Shown: positions 7,443-16,416, counted from the first letter of the stretch. The stretch: 64,000 bases of DNA from Actinomycetes bacterium (GCA_023438885.1 JAEXPS010000008.1:35-64034), one strand, 5' to 3'. Notes: generated by a model from the letters alone, not told the origin. A program made the numbers and translations.

Positions 7443-10400
7443 TCAGGCGGCGGGCACCTGAACCGGATCGGACCACGTGGTGCCGAGCGGGTTGACGGCG
7501 CCCACTCGCACGTACCACGCCTGGCGGGCGACGTTCCCGCTGGTGTAGCTCGTGGCGTTGGCCGCCACACTGCTGCTCATCGTCGTCCACGTGACCCCGT
7601 CGGCGGAGCGCTGCACCGTGAAGGTCGCCTCACCCGAGACATCGCCCCACGTCACCGTGATCCGCTCGTTGCCGCCCTGGCGCGCCGCGACCGCCGTGGC
7701 GATCCCCGGCTTACTGGGCGGAGCCACCGAGGCCCCGACGGGTGTGCCGTACGAGGTTCCGGCGACGTTCACCGACCCGACCCGGTAGCTGTACGAGCTA
7801 CCGAGCACCGCGGTCGCATCGGTGTAGGTGCGCACGTTGGCGCCGACCGTGCCGATCTGCGACCACGTGGTGCCGCCGTCCGAGGAGCGCTGGACGACGA
7901 AGCCGGTCTCGTTGGTCGCCGGGTCGTTCCAGGCCAGCCGCACCTGCGGGCCGGCCAGGATCGCCGCCGTGAGCCCTGTCGGGGCAGCCGGAGCGTTGAC
8001 CCCGGTGGCGACGGACGCGGACTGCACCACCAGGCTCGGGTACGCCCCGCCGTAGCCGACGGCGTTGCGCGCCACCACCCGGTAGAGGGCGGCCGCGCTG
8101 GCCGACGACGTCGGGTCGGTCAGCTGCCGGGCGCCGTGCGTGTTGCCGGTCAGCGGCTGGAGCAGAGGCTGGCCGACCGTCGTCCACGTCGTGCCGTCGG
8201 TCGAGCGCTGGAGCGCGAACTCGGTCTCGGTGATCGAGTTGTCCGTCCAGTGCGCGACGATCCGCCGGTTGTTGCCGTTCCCGGTGGTGGTGAACGTCAG
8301 ATCGCTCGGTGCCCTCGGGGGCAGTGCGAGCGACACCGGCCGCATCATGTCCATCTCCTCGTGGGACAGGATGTGGCAGTGCACCACGTACTCCCAACCG
8401 AAGTTGACGAGCTGGTTGGTGATCGGGTCGGTCGGGTTGCCCTGGGGGTCCCGACTGTTGAACCCCATGGTCGAGCCCACCGGCATCATCGGGTTGAGCG
8501 GACGCACCGAGTTCGGCACCTCGAACGGCACCTTCGGCACGATCGGGCGTAGCGCGACGATCGTGTCCTCGAGCGGGGCCATCCGGACGGTGTCCTTCCA
8601 TCCCAGCTCGTTCGCGTCCGCCGGGATGATGATGTTGTCCCAGGTCACCCGGTTGATCACCTGGACGTCGTAGAGGTGGAAGTGGATCGGGTGGGTGTCC
8701 ACCCCGTTGTGCGTGAACCGCCAGATCTGCGTCCCGTCCGCCGCCGACGAGATCGGCGTCACCTTGACGTCGGCCGTCGGAAGGTTCGTCCCGTCGATCA
8801 GCTCCGTGGCGGGGTTGACGTACGGGTACAGCGTGACGTTCTGCAGGCCCGGAGTCGGCGGCTGCGCCTCGATCCCGAGGTTCGCGGTCATGCGGCCGTA
8901 CTCGTCGAACGACGAGGCGTTCATCTCGTCGTGGATCGCCTTCGGCTGCAGCGGGATCGACATCTTCGACGTCTGGCCCCGCAGGGTGTTGAAGCCGAAG
9001 GTCTGGGTGTCGCCGACGCGGACCAGCCCGTCGCAGCGGGTGAGGGAGCTGCCCGGGGCGTTGCAGTTGCTCGACGCCGCGAAGCTGGTCCCGTACGCGC
9101 TGTTGTAGGCCGCCTGGCCGACGATGATCGGGTTCTGACCCGACTCGAAGACGCCGGTCCCGGCCGCGTTGTGCCGGAACGCCGCCTGGAGCTTGCTCAG
9201 GCTGAACGCGGTGGCCGGGGCCGTGTCCGCGATCTTCACCTGCATCACCGTGCGGCTGTTCGGGCCGTAGCCGGGCAGGATCGTCGGTGCACCCACGGGC
9301 GACAGGTCCGGACCGCCCGTGTAGTAGTCGTACGACGGCACGCGGGCGGGGAACGCCGCCGGCGCGTCGTTGTACAGGATCAGCGTCTTGCCGGCGAACT
9401 TCGAGAAGTCGACGATCACGTCGGCCCGCTCGGCCGGCGCCAGCAGCAGGGAGTGCTGGTCGACGTTGCCGACGTCGAAGCGCGTCGGGTCGGTGATCCA
9501 CGTCGTCGGCTGCTGGCCGTCCAGGACGGCCGGCGCGGGCAGGAAGCCGCCCTCGCTGGCGATCTGGATCCAGTCGGGTCCCGCGGTGCTGTCCTTCGCC
9601 TGGACGGGCGTCGGGAACACCACCGGGTCGAGCTGGGCGGCCGCGAGCTTGTCCGGGTCGAGCGCCACCTCGGTGGTGCCGTCACCCTGGGTCGGGTCGG
9701 CCAGGTACCACTGGAAGTTGAAGAACCGGTCGTTGGCGGCGTTGAGCACCCTCATCCGGTAGGTCTTCGGGTCCAGCGTGACCGTGGGGTATGCGACCCC
9801 GTTGACGATCGGCGTGTCGTTGAACTGCTCCATGCCCGCCGAGATGTTTGGCGTGCCCGGGATCTCCTCCGGCTCGCAGTACGGGTCGGTCTGGTACGTC
9901 CACGTCGCCGGGTCGTCGAGGTTGCACGCCGGGTCGTAGTACGGGTTGGCGATCGGCCCGTACGGCGTGTCCGTAGCCGGCGGCCAGAACCACGGGCCGT
10001 ACATCCACCGGCCGTACGCGGACATCCCCGAGGGGTCGCCGGGGTTCTGCGCCGGCATGTACACGTGGTGGTACCAGAAGCTGCCCTTGGTCCCCCACCG
10101 CTGCGAGTCCCACGTCGGGTCCTGCGCAGCGAGCTGGTCCGCATCGGGCACGAACGTCCGGTCCTGGACGATCAGCGGGATGGTGTCACCGGCGCCCGGG
10201 ATGGTGCCGGAGTCCACCAGCGCCTTCTCGGTCGGGTCGGTGATGGTGTACCCGGCGGCCTCGCCGGCGTACACGTTGAGCCGCGTGATGCCCCACGAGT
10301 GGTCGTGGTAGAACATCAGCCGCGCACTCTGCTCGTTCGTGTAGTAGAAGGTCGAGCAGCCGTCGTCGGCCGCGTCGCACAGCACGCCGTTCCCGTCCGC

Positions 10401-12059
10401 CATGTCGGGCACGTTCTGGACGCTGACGCCCTGGGGCCAGGACGTGGTCTCCCCCGCTGGGCTGATCCACTGGTGCGGCGTGCCGTCGCTGATCCACGGC
10501 GTGACGCCACCGTGCAGGTGCAGCGTGGCGCGGTTGTCGGGGAAGCACATGTCCGGCTTCGGCGACTGCGTGCACTCCGGGTTGCGGACCTCGTCCATCA
10601 CGGAGCCGTCGTCCGCGGCGGCGCCCATGTCCATCGGGCCCATCCCGGAGCCCATCATGGAGGAGTCGACGGGCAGGAAGAGGTCTCCTGCCGCACCGGT
10701 GGGCAGCAGGTTGCGGAAGACGATCCGCACCGGCCGGTCCTTGGTCGCTCCGATGATCGGGCCGAGGAACTGCGGGCTCGTCACGCCGTAGTACTGGTGG
10801 CCGTCGGTGTCCGTCACCGGCACCGTGGTGCCGTCGAGCAGGGCGTTGGTCAGCGGGAAGTGCTGGCTCACCGACGCGTTGTCCGCGGTCTCGAGCTGGA
10901 CGTACCCCCGCACCAGCGTGGGCGGGAGGTCGGACGAGAAGGACGTCAGGTACTGCACCAGGCCGATCACCAGCTCGTCGGACTCGACGCCGCCGTAGGT
11001 CTTCGGCGTCAGCACCGCCGCGGGCAGGAACTTCGCCGCCGGGTCGCTCGGGCAACCGGCACCGGCCGGGTCGCACGGCAGCGGCAGCTGGTCCTGGAAC
11101 TTGCGCATCCCCACGGTGAGGTAGCCCGTGCCGGCCTCGGTGACGGTGACCGAGGTCACCGCGCCGATGTCGGTGGACGCCGTCGCCTCAGCGCCGGTCC
11201 CCGTCCCCGTCGGGTCGGCGACGGCCACCGTCGGCGTCGACGTGTAGCCCGTGCCGAACTCGTCGACCGTGATCGCGGACAGCGCGAGCGTGGCGGTCAA
11301 CGTGGCGGGTGTGGCGCCCGAGATCGGGTCGAACAGCGTCCCGTTGTGGATCGCCACACCCGGCGGCGCCGTGTACCCGGCACCCGGGTCGTCGATGACG
11401 ACCGCGGTGACGGTGCCGTTGACGTCCAGGCCGTCCTCGGGCACGTGACCCTTCGCCTGCCGGCCGTCAGGTGCACCCGGGAGGTCGAAGTCCACCGTCG
11501 GCATCGTGTAGCCGGCGCCGCCGTCCGCGATGGTGATGGCGTCCACGCCGCCGGACCCGGTCGCGGTGGCACCGGTGCCGGCGCCGCCGTCGATCGTGAC
11601 GGCGAAGCCGGAGTAGCCGGCCCCGGCCGCGGTGACCTCGGCTCCTGTGACGACGCCGTCCGCGGCGATGGCGGCAGTGGCGACGGCGTTGCCGTCACCG
11701 CCGGTGATCTGGACCGTCGCCGTGGAGTACCCCGATCCCGGGCTGGTGATCGCGATACTCGCGATGCCGCCGGTGGTCGGATCCACCTCGGCCTGCGCGG
11801 TGGCACCCGAACCGTCCCCGACGATCTCGACGGAGGCGTTCGGCAGCGTGAAGGGGCTGTTGGCCCAGTTGGGCCATGGCCCGAAGTAGTGAGGCACCGT
11901 CGAGGAGTCGGTCTCAGAGGCCGGCGGCGCGGCAGCCGCCGAGGTGGCGGCGACGGGGACGGCGAGGAAGCCCGCCGTCACGAGGGCGGTCAGTGCGGCG
12001 ACCGTGCGTCGCAGCTGTGTCCGGGACGTTCGTGGCGTCCACGGCGTGCGCATGTCCAT
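7443..12059 (-). CDS. Large secreted multicopper oxidase (MofA/OmpB-like) with N-terminal beta-repeats and three C-terminal fibronectin type III domains
   Basis: Signal peptide; all four Cu motifs: HLH (10512-10520), HDH (10299-10307), HPIHFH (8676-8693), HCHILSHEEMDM (8346-8381); FN3 signatures W.D...ET.F..QRS.DG..W...Y.YRV; AAGGGGG RBS. Confidence 0.88.
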   Translation of the reverse strand: MDMRTPWTPRTSRTQLRRTVAALTALVTAGFLAVPVAATSAAAAPPASETDSSTVPHYFGPWPNWANSPFTLPNASVEIVGDGSGATAQAEVDPTTGGIASIAITSPGSGYSTATVQITGGDGNAVATAAIAADGVVTGAEVTAAGAGYSGFAVTIDGGAGTGATATGSGGVDAITIADGGAGYTMPTVDFDLPGAPDGRQAKGHVPEDGLDVNGTVTAVVIDDPGAGYTAPPGVAIHNGTLFDPISGATPATLTATLALSAITVDEFGTGYTSTPTVAVADPTGTGTGAEATASTDIGAVTSVTVTEAGTGYLTVGMRKFQDQLPLPCDPAGAGCPSDPAAKFLPAAVLTPKTYGGVESDELVIGLVQYLTSFSSDLPPTLVRGYVQLETADNASVSQHFPLTNALLDGTTVPVTDTDGHQYYGVTSPQFLGPIIGATKDRPVRIVFRNLLPTGAAGDLFLPVDSSMMGSGMGPMDMGAAADDGSVMDEVRNPECTQSPKPDMCFPDNRATLHLHGGVTPWISDGTPHQWISPAGETTSWPQGVSVQNVPDMADGNGVLCDAADDGCSTFYYTNEQSARLMFYHDHSWGITRLNVYAGEAAGYTITDPTEKALVDSGTIPGAGDTIPLIVQDRTFVPDADQLAAQDPTWDSQRWGTKGSFWYHHVYMPAQNPGDPSGMSAYGRWMYGPWFWPPATDTPYGPIANPYYDPACNLDDPATWTYQTDPYCEPEEIPGTPNISAGMEQFNDTPIVNGVAYPTVTLDPKTYRMRVLNAANDRFFNFQWYLADPTQGDGTTEVALDPDKLAAAQLDPVVFPTPVQAKDSTAGPDWIQIASEGGFLPAPAVLDGQQPTTWITDPTRFDVGNVDQHSLLLAPAERADVIVDFSKFAGKTLILYNDAPAAFPARVPSYDYYTGGPDLSPVGAPTILPGYGPNSRTVMQVKIADTAPATAFSLSKLQAAFRHNAAGTGVFESGQNPIIVGQAAYNSAYGTSFAASSNCNAPGSSLTRCDGLVRVGDTQTFGFNTLRGQTSKMSIPLQPKAIHDEMNASSFDEYGRMTANLGIEAQPPTPGLQNVTLYPYVNPATELIDGTNLPTADVKVTPISSAADGTQIWRFTHNGVDTHPIHFHLYDVQVINRVTWDNIIIPADANELGWKDTVRMAPLEDTIVALRPIVPKVPFEVPNSVRPLNPMMPVGSTMGFNSRDPQGNPTDPITNQLVNFGWEYVVHCHILSHEEMDMMRPVSLALPPRAPSDLTFTTTGNGNNRRIVAHWTDNSITETEFALQRSTDGTTWTTVGQPLLQPLTGNTHGARQLTDPTSSASAAALYRVVARNAVGYGGAYPSLVVQSASVATGVNAPAAPTGLTAAILAGPQVRLAWNDPATNETGFVVQRSSDGGTTWSQIGTVGANVRTYTDATAVLGSSYSYRVGSVNVAGTSYGTPVGASVAPPSKPGIATAVAARQGGNERITVTWGDVSGEATFTVQRSADGVTWTTMSSSVAANATSYTSGNVARQAWYVRVGAVNPLGTTWSDPVQVPAA

Positions 12060-12182
12060 CGAGTCCCCCTTGGATGTCGGATTCGGACAGGCGAGGGCCC
12101 TCGGGCTGGGCGGGACTTGCGTCCCTCGGGATTCGCAGTCCGGACGTTAGGCGGACAAACCGGGACATGTCCGTCGCCCCGG

Positions 12183-12206
12183 CCAAGAATTGGACCGGTC
12201 TTGGAC
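12183..12206. promoter_or_regulatory. Candidate OmpR-type operator upstream of the multicopper oxidase
   Basis: TTGGAC direct repeat at 12190 and 12201 (11-bp period), overlapping a CCAAGA/TCTTGG inverted repeat; TAACGT -10-like hexamer at 12144-12149 on the minus strand. Confidence 0.45.
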
Positions 12207-12243
12207 GAACCTTCGACGACGAGCCCGCGGCGGGCCGCCGCCG

Positions 12244-13755
12244 TCAGCCGAGGAGGTCGTCGGCCGCGCGGTTCGCCGCCAGCCGCCCGGAGACCAGTGC
12301 CGTCGGCACGCCCGTGCCAGGGTGGGTCGATGCGCCGGCGAAGTACACGTTCGGGTAGCGCCCGTGCCGGTTGTGCGGTCGCAGGTAGGCCAGCTGGGTC
12401 AGGGTGTGGGCCAAGCCGTGCGTCGCGCCCCGCACCAGGTTGTACTGGTCGCGCCACACCAGCGGGGTCGCCGTCGCCTCGACGGTCGTGTGCTCGGGAA
12501 GATCGGTGACACCCAGCAGCGCCATGCGGTCGAGGACCGCCGCCCGGGCGGCCCTGACCGCCCTCGCCCAGGCCTCCCGCTCTCGGGCAGAGGCCGCCGG
12601 GTCGTCGCCGTCGTAACCCAGGTGGCCGGTCGGGACCACCGCCACCAGGGTGTCGCGGCCGGTGGGAGCGGCCGTGGGGTCGAGCCGCGCCGGGGCGTGC
12701 ACGTAGACGCTGGGCTTGGCCGGCAGGGCCTCGTTGCGCTCGATCCGGACGAAGTTCTCACGGTAGGCGTCGGCCAGGAAGAGGGTGTGGGGCGCCAGCT
12801 GCGGGTAGGGGCGGTCCAGCCCCCAGAAGAAACTGATCGCGGACCCGGAGAACGTCTTGCGGGCCACCTGCTCGGCGGCCCCGCGGTCCGGCAGCAGCCG
12901 GCGGTAGACGTACGGCAGGTCCGCGTTGGCGACCACGACGTCGGCCGGAAGGCGTGTGCCGCCCGCCAGCTCGACCCCGGTTGCCCGCTCACCCTCGATG
13001 TCGATGCGCCGCACCGGGTCGTCGTACGCGAACGTCACCCCGGCCTCCTCCGCGAGGCCGACGAGCGTCTCGACGAGCCGGTACATGCCGCCGCGGGGAT
13101 ACCAGACGCCGTGCGCCAGCTCGCTGTAGGGCGTGAGGGAGAACGTCGAGGGAGCGGAGAACGGGCTGAGGCCCATGTAGACGTCCTGGAACGTGAACGC
13201 GGCCCGCAGCCGCGGCGAGCGGAAGTACGCGCGCATGTGCCGGTAGTGCGGTAGCAGGGGCTTGAGCTGCAGGACGAGCGGCAGGTTGCGCGGCGTGAAG
13301 AACTCCCTCGCCGTGCGGAAGTCCCTCTCCACCAGCCGTGGCATCGCGAGCCGGTAGTGCCGCCGGCCCTCGTCGAGGTACCTCAGCAGGCCCCCGAAGG
13401 ACCCGGGCTCGATCGCCTCGAGCTGCCGGGAGAGCGCCTCGAGGTCCGAGGTCATCGCCAGGTGCGAGCCGTCGTCGAAGACGACGTCGTACGAGGGGTC
13501 GACCCGCTGCGGCTCCAGCGCGGCGTCCATGTCGACGCCGAGGGCGGCCAGCTCCGAGCGGTACAGCAGCGGCATGATCAGCAAGGTCGGACCCGTGGGG
13601 AACACGTGTCCGTCCCGTGTGAACCGGCCGAGCCGCCCGCCCGGCTGCGACGTCTTCTCGACGACCGTGACGCGGAACCCGCGCCTGGCCAGGTGGATCG
13701 CCGCCGACAGGCCGCCGACGCCGGCGCCGATCACCACCGCGGAGGGGCCGCTCAT
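12244..13755 (-). CDS. crtI: Phytoene desaturase family protein
   Basis: VIGAGVGG FAD motif, GGR...TGPT, YPRGG, VVANAD, YFAGASTHPGTGVP; ATGA overlap with the upstream gene. Confidence 0.9.
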   Translation of the reverse strand: MSGPSAVVIGAGVGGLSAAIHLARRGFRVTVVEKTSQPGGRLGRFTRDGHVFPTGPTLLIMPLLYRSELAALGVDMDAALEPQRVDPSYDVVFDDGSHLAMTSDLEALSRQLEAIEPGSFGGLLRYLDEGRRHYRLAMPRLVERDFRTAREFFTPRNLPLVLQLKPLLPHYRHMRAYFRSPRLRAAFTFQDVYMGLSPFSAPSTFSLTPYSELAHGVWYPRGGMYRLVETLVGLAEEAGVTFAYDDPVRRIDIEGERATGVELAGGTRLPADVVVANADLPYVYRRLLPDRGAAEQVARKTFSGSAISFFWGLDRPYPQLAPHTLFLADAYRENFVRIERNEALPAKPSVYVHAPARLDPTAAPTGRDTLVAVVPTGHLGYDGDDPAASAREREAWARAVRAARAAVLDRMALLGVTDLPEHTTVEATATPLVWRDQYNLVRGATHGLAHTLTQLAYLRPHNRHGRYPNVYFAGASTHPGTGVPTALVSGRLAANRAADDLLG

Positions 13756-14669
13756 GCCGCACCCCGCGAGACGTGTGCTCGGTCGTGGCGCGAGGCCAGA
13801 GCCGACCGGGTCCCTGAGGCCGCAATGGCCAACCCGCCCCGCGCCGACGAGCGCTCCCCGTAGCCGGGCCGCAGCCGGTACCCGTCGCGCTCGACGGCGT
13901 CGAGCACCCACTCGAACCGCGCGATGTACGCATGCCCGGCCAGTGCGCAGCGCTCGCTCTCCAGCCGCGCCAGGTACCCGCGGCCCGTGGCGAAGCACTC
14001 GCGGGCCAGCGCCACGCGGTCCTTCACCCACCTGCGCAGCTGGGGTGCGTCGACGTCGTCCGGGGCCACGCCTGACTCGAGGACGCCTGCCGGCACGTTG
14101 ACGTAGCCCGCGGCGACGTCCGCCACGTGGTCGCGCAGCATGTGGGCGATGTGTGCGCCGGTGACGGCGACATAGCGGGTCTCGTCCTGCGGGGCACGCC
14201 GGCCGTGCCCGATGCAGTGGTGCAGGGCCTCGGTGACGGCGACGGCCAGGCCGTGGGTGTACCGCGCCAGCTCGGCCTCGCTGACCCTCCGGTCACGGCG
14301 CCGAGCGTCGAACTCGATGACGTCCAGCATCGCGCGCACGGCCGCGTGCGCGCCCGCCGCGTCCCGACGCGGGGAGCCCTCGCGCCGGCGCAGCAGCGCG
14401 ACGAGCAGGTGCTCCTCGTCGGCCAGCGCGCGGGCCGAGCCCGCCACCAGGGACCGCTGGCGCTCTACGAAGGCGAGTCGCTGAGCCGGCGTGGCCAGCC
14501 TCTCGTCCACCTCGTCGTCCAACCAGCGGAAGTAGCCGTACAGCGCGAAGGCGTCCTGGCGGTAGGCCCGGTCGGCCAGCCACCTGATCGTCAGGTAGGA
14601 CTGGGTGCTGGCGCCCTTCGTGATCGCCGCCCCGAGGGTGGCTCGGGACGCGCCGTCGAGCCGCGGCAT
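13752..14669 (-). CDS. Squalene/phytoene synthase family protein (divergent CrtB-like)
   Basis: YGYFRWLDDEVD (DDxxD) and HMLRDHVAD motifs; GGGGAGG RBS; coupled to crtI. Confidence 0.75.
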   Translation of the reverse strand: MPRLDGASRATLGAAITKGASTQSYLTIRWLADRAYRQDAFALYGYFRWLDDEVDERLATPAQRLAFVERQRSLVAGSARALADEEHLLVALLRRREGSPRRDAAGAHAAVRAMLDVIEFDARRRDRRVSEAELARYTHGLAVAVTEALHHCIGHGRRAPQDETRYVAVTGAHIAHMLRDHVADVAAGYVNVPAGVLESGVAPDDVDAPQLRRWVKDRVALARECFATGRGYLARLESERCALAGHAYIARFEWVLDAVERDGYRLRPGYGERSSARGGLAIAASGTRSALASRHDRAHVSRGAA

Positions 14670-14828
14670 CGACCTCCCCCTCGCTCGTCGCCCTGCCTCG
14701 CGGCACGCTAGCGCCGGTGCCGACGCCTGGCCGGGCACCTTGGTCCCGGTCGGGCCCCTGGCGCCGGCGCCGGTGGCGGCCCCGACGGCCCCGGTGGACA
14801 GGCCGTAGAGTGCCGCGCGGAGGCTGCC

Positions 14829-15356
14829 ATGACCCGTCACGTCCCGCGTCGCTGGACCGCTCCCGTGACCGGGCGGCCGGTGCTCGTCGGCGTCGAGCCC
14901 GCGCAGGAGTCCCACGTGGTCCAGGAGGCCGCGGCGCTCGCCCGCGCACTGGGCACGGGGCTGGTCTGCCTCTGGGTCGACGGGGCGCACGTCGTCGCGG
15001 AGCACGAGCCGGACGGCACCCTCGACCTGGTCCCGACGGACTCCGACCGCGACGAGCCCGACGACCAGGTGCCCGACGACGCCCTCGTCGCCCGCCTGGC
15101 GGAGCACCTCGATCCCACGGGCGTTCCGTGGCTGTTCGTGTACGCCACCGGCGAGCCCGTGCACGGCCTCCGCGAGGTGGCGGAGGCCTACGACGCCCGG
15201 CTCATCGCCGTCGGCGCCCGCCGGCACGGGCTCGGGCCGTGGGTGAACGAGCTCATCGGCGGTTCGATCGCCGGCCGCCTCGCCCACACGCAGGAACGTC
15301 CCGTCCTCGTGGTCCCCGCTCCACGCCCCGGTCGCCCGGTGGGACCGGGCGCATGA
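14829..15356 (+). CDS. Universal stress protein
   Basis: VLVGV, LIAVGAR..G, GGSIAGRL..Q.RPVLVVP motifs; GGAGG RBS. Confidence 0.85.
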   Translation: MTRHVPRRWTAPVTGRPVLVGVEPAQESHVVQEAAALARALGTGLVCLWVDGAHVVAEHEPDGTLDLVPTDSDRDEPDDQVPDDALVARLAEHLDPTGVPWLFVYATGEPVHGLREVAEAYDARLIAVGARRHGLGPWVNELIGGSIAGRLAHTQERPVLVVPAPRPGRPVGPGA

Positions 15357-15760
15357 GCCGGGCCCACCACTCCGACCCCGTGCTCGTCGCGAGCGTCGCC
15401 GCCGGAGGCGCTCTGGGCAGCCTTGCCCGGTACGGGCTGTCGCTCACCCTCCCGCCGCGCGGTGGGGTGCCGGTGGCGACGCTGATCGAGAACGTCAGCG
15501 GCGCGTTCCTGCTCGGGATGCTGCTCCAGCTCCTGCTCAGAGGCGGCCACGAGACGCCGCGGCGCCGGTGGCTGCGGCTGACGCTCGGCACGGGGGTGCT
15601 CGGCGGGTTCACCACGTACTCCGCGCTCGCTCTGGAGCTGCACGGCCTGCTGGCCGACGGCCGCGTCCTGGTCGCCCTCGGCTATGCCGTCGCCACGGTC
15701 GCCGGCGGCACCGCCGCGTGTGTCGGCGGCATCGCGCTGGCAGGGCGGGTGCGGCGATGA
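15353..15760 (+). CDS. crcB: Fluoride efflux channel FluC/CrcB (subunit 1)
   Basis: GGALGSLARY, TL.EN.SG.FLLG, GVLGGFTTYS. Confidence 0.9.
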   Translation: MSRAHHSDPVLVASVAAGGALGSLARYGLSLTLPPRGGVPVATLIENVSGAFLLGMLLQLLLRGGHETPRRRWLRLTLGTGVLGGFTTYSALALELHGLLADGRVLVALGYAVATVAGGTAACVGGIALAGRVRR

Positions 15761-16131
15761 CCGCCGTGCTCGTCGCGGTGTTCGGCGGCCTGGGTGCGGC
15801 GGCCAGGTTCGTGGTCGACGGCTGGTTCCGCGGCCGATGGGCTCGCCGCCTGCCGCTGGCCACGATCGCGATCAACGTCTCGGGGTCGCTGCTGATCGGG
15901 CTGCTGGCCGGCGCGCTCGCGGAGGGGCGCCTTCCGGCCGCGGCGTACACGGTCGCGGCGGCCGGGTTCTGCGGCGGGTTCACCACCTTCTCCACGGCGA
16001 CGGTCGAGACCGTACGCCTCGCCGAGGCCGGTGACCTGCGCCGCGCGACGCTCAACGCGATCGGTCCCCTGGTGCTCGCGGTGGCCGCGGCGAGCCTGGG
16101 CTACCTGTGCGTCACGGGCCTGGTGGGCTGA
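15757..16131 (+). CDS. crcB: Fluoride efflux channel FluC/CrcB (subunit 2)
   Basis: GGLGAAARF, TIAINVSGS, GFCGGFTTFST; ATGA overlap. Confidence 0.9.
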   Translation: MTAVLVAVFGGLGAAARFVVDGWFRGRWARRLPLATIAINVSGSLLIGLLAGALAEGRLPAAAYTVAAAGFCGGFTTFSTATVETVRLAEAGDLRRATLNAIGPLVLAVAAASLGYLCVTGLVG

Positions 16132-16161
16132 AGGACCACCGAGACGGCGGATACGTGGCGC

Positions 16162-16371
16162 CTACGCGCTGCGGCTGGCCCTGAACTCCTCGGCGATCTG
16201 CTGCGCCTGCGCGCTGACGAGGATCCGGAAGTACTCGAACGTCATCGCCACGTCCTGCTCGGCGGCCCCGCGGTCCCGGGCTCGGAGCCAGTCGCGCTTC
16301 GCGGCGTGGATCTCCGCGTCCGTGACGCGCCACGCCCAGGTCGTTGCGCTGTTCTCGGGCTCGGGGTTCAT
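16162..16371 (-). CDS. Small hypothetical protein (69 aa, predicted helical)
   Basis: High GC at third codon positions; protein-like composition; CAGAAT -10 6 nt before the ATG. Confidence 0.6.
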   Translation of the reverse strand: MNPEPENSATTWAWRVTDAEIHAAKRDWLRARDRGAAEQDVAMTFEYFRILVSAQAQQIAEEFRASRSA

Positions 16372-16402
16372 GCCGCAATTCTGCACGCCAGGAGCCTCGT
16401 CT

Positions 16403-16416
16403 GGGACCTAAGTCCC
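16403..16416. promoter_or_regulatory. DosR/DevR-like (NarL family) palindromic box
   Basis: GGGAC-CTAA-GTCCC, matching the GGGAC-N4-GTCCC core of the mycobacterial DosR box. Confidence 0.45.

Noticed and set aside
12100..12140. GGGACGCAAG in the oxidase leader, resembling a c-di-GMP-I riboswitch; also reads as GGGAC-N4-GTCCC
   Set aside because: No GGCAAAC or P2 GNRA hairpin with receptor; most simply a small GCAA-tetraloop hairpin downstream of the likely -10
8676..12509. Very long antisense and alternate-frame ORFs (e.g. 8676-12509 +, 16476-18452 -, 32882-35401 -, 37434-39869 +, 54348-56579 -)
   Set aside because: Shadow ORFs expected in high-GC DNA; they overlap well-supported genes, are Arg/Gly/Pro-rich and lack motifs
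14700..14828. Canonical fluoride riboswitch upstream of the crcB genes
   Set aside because: Conserved core nucleotides not found; reported only as an unexplained structured leader
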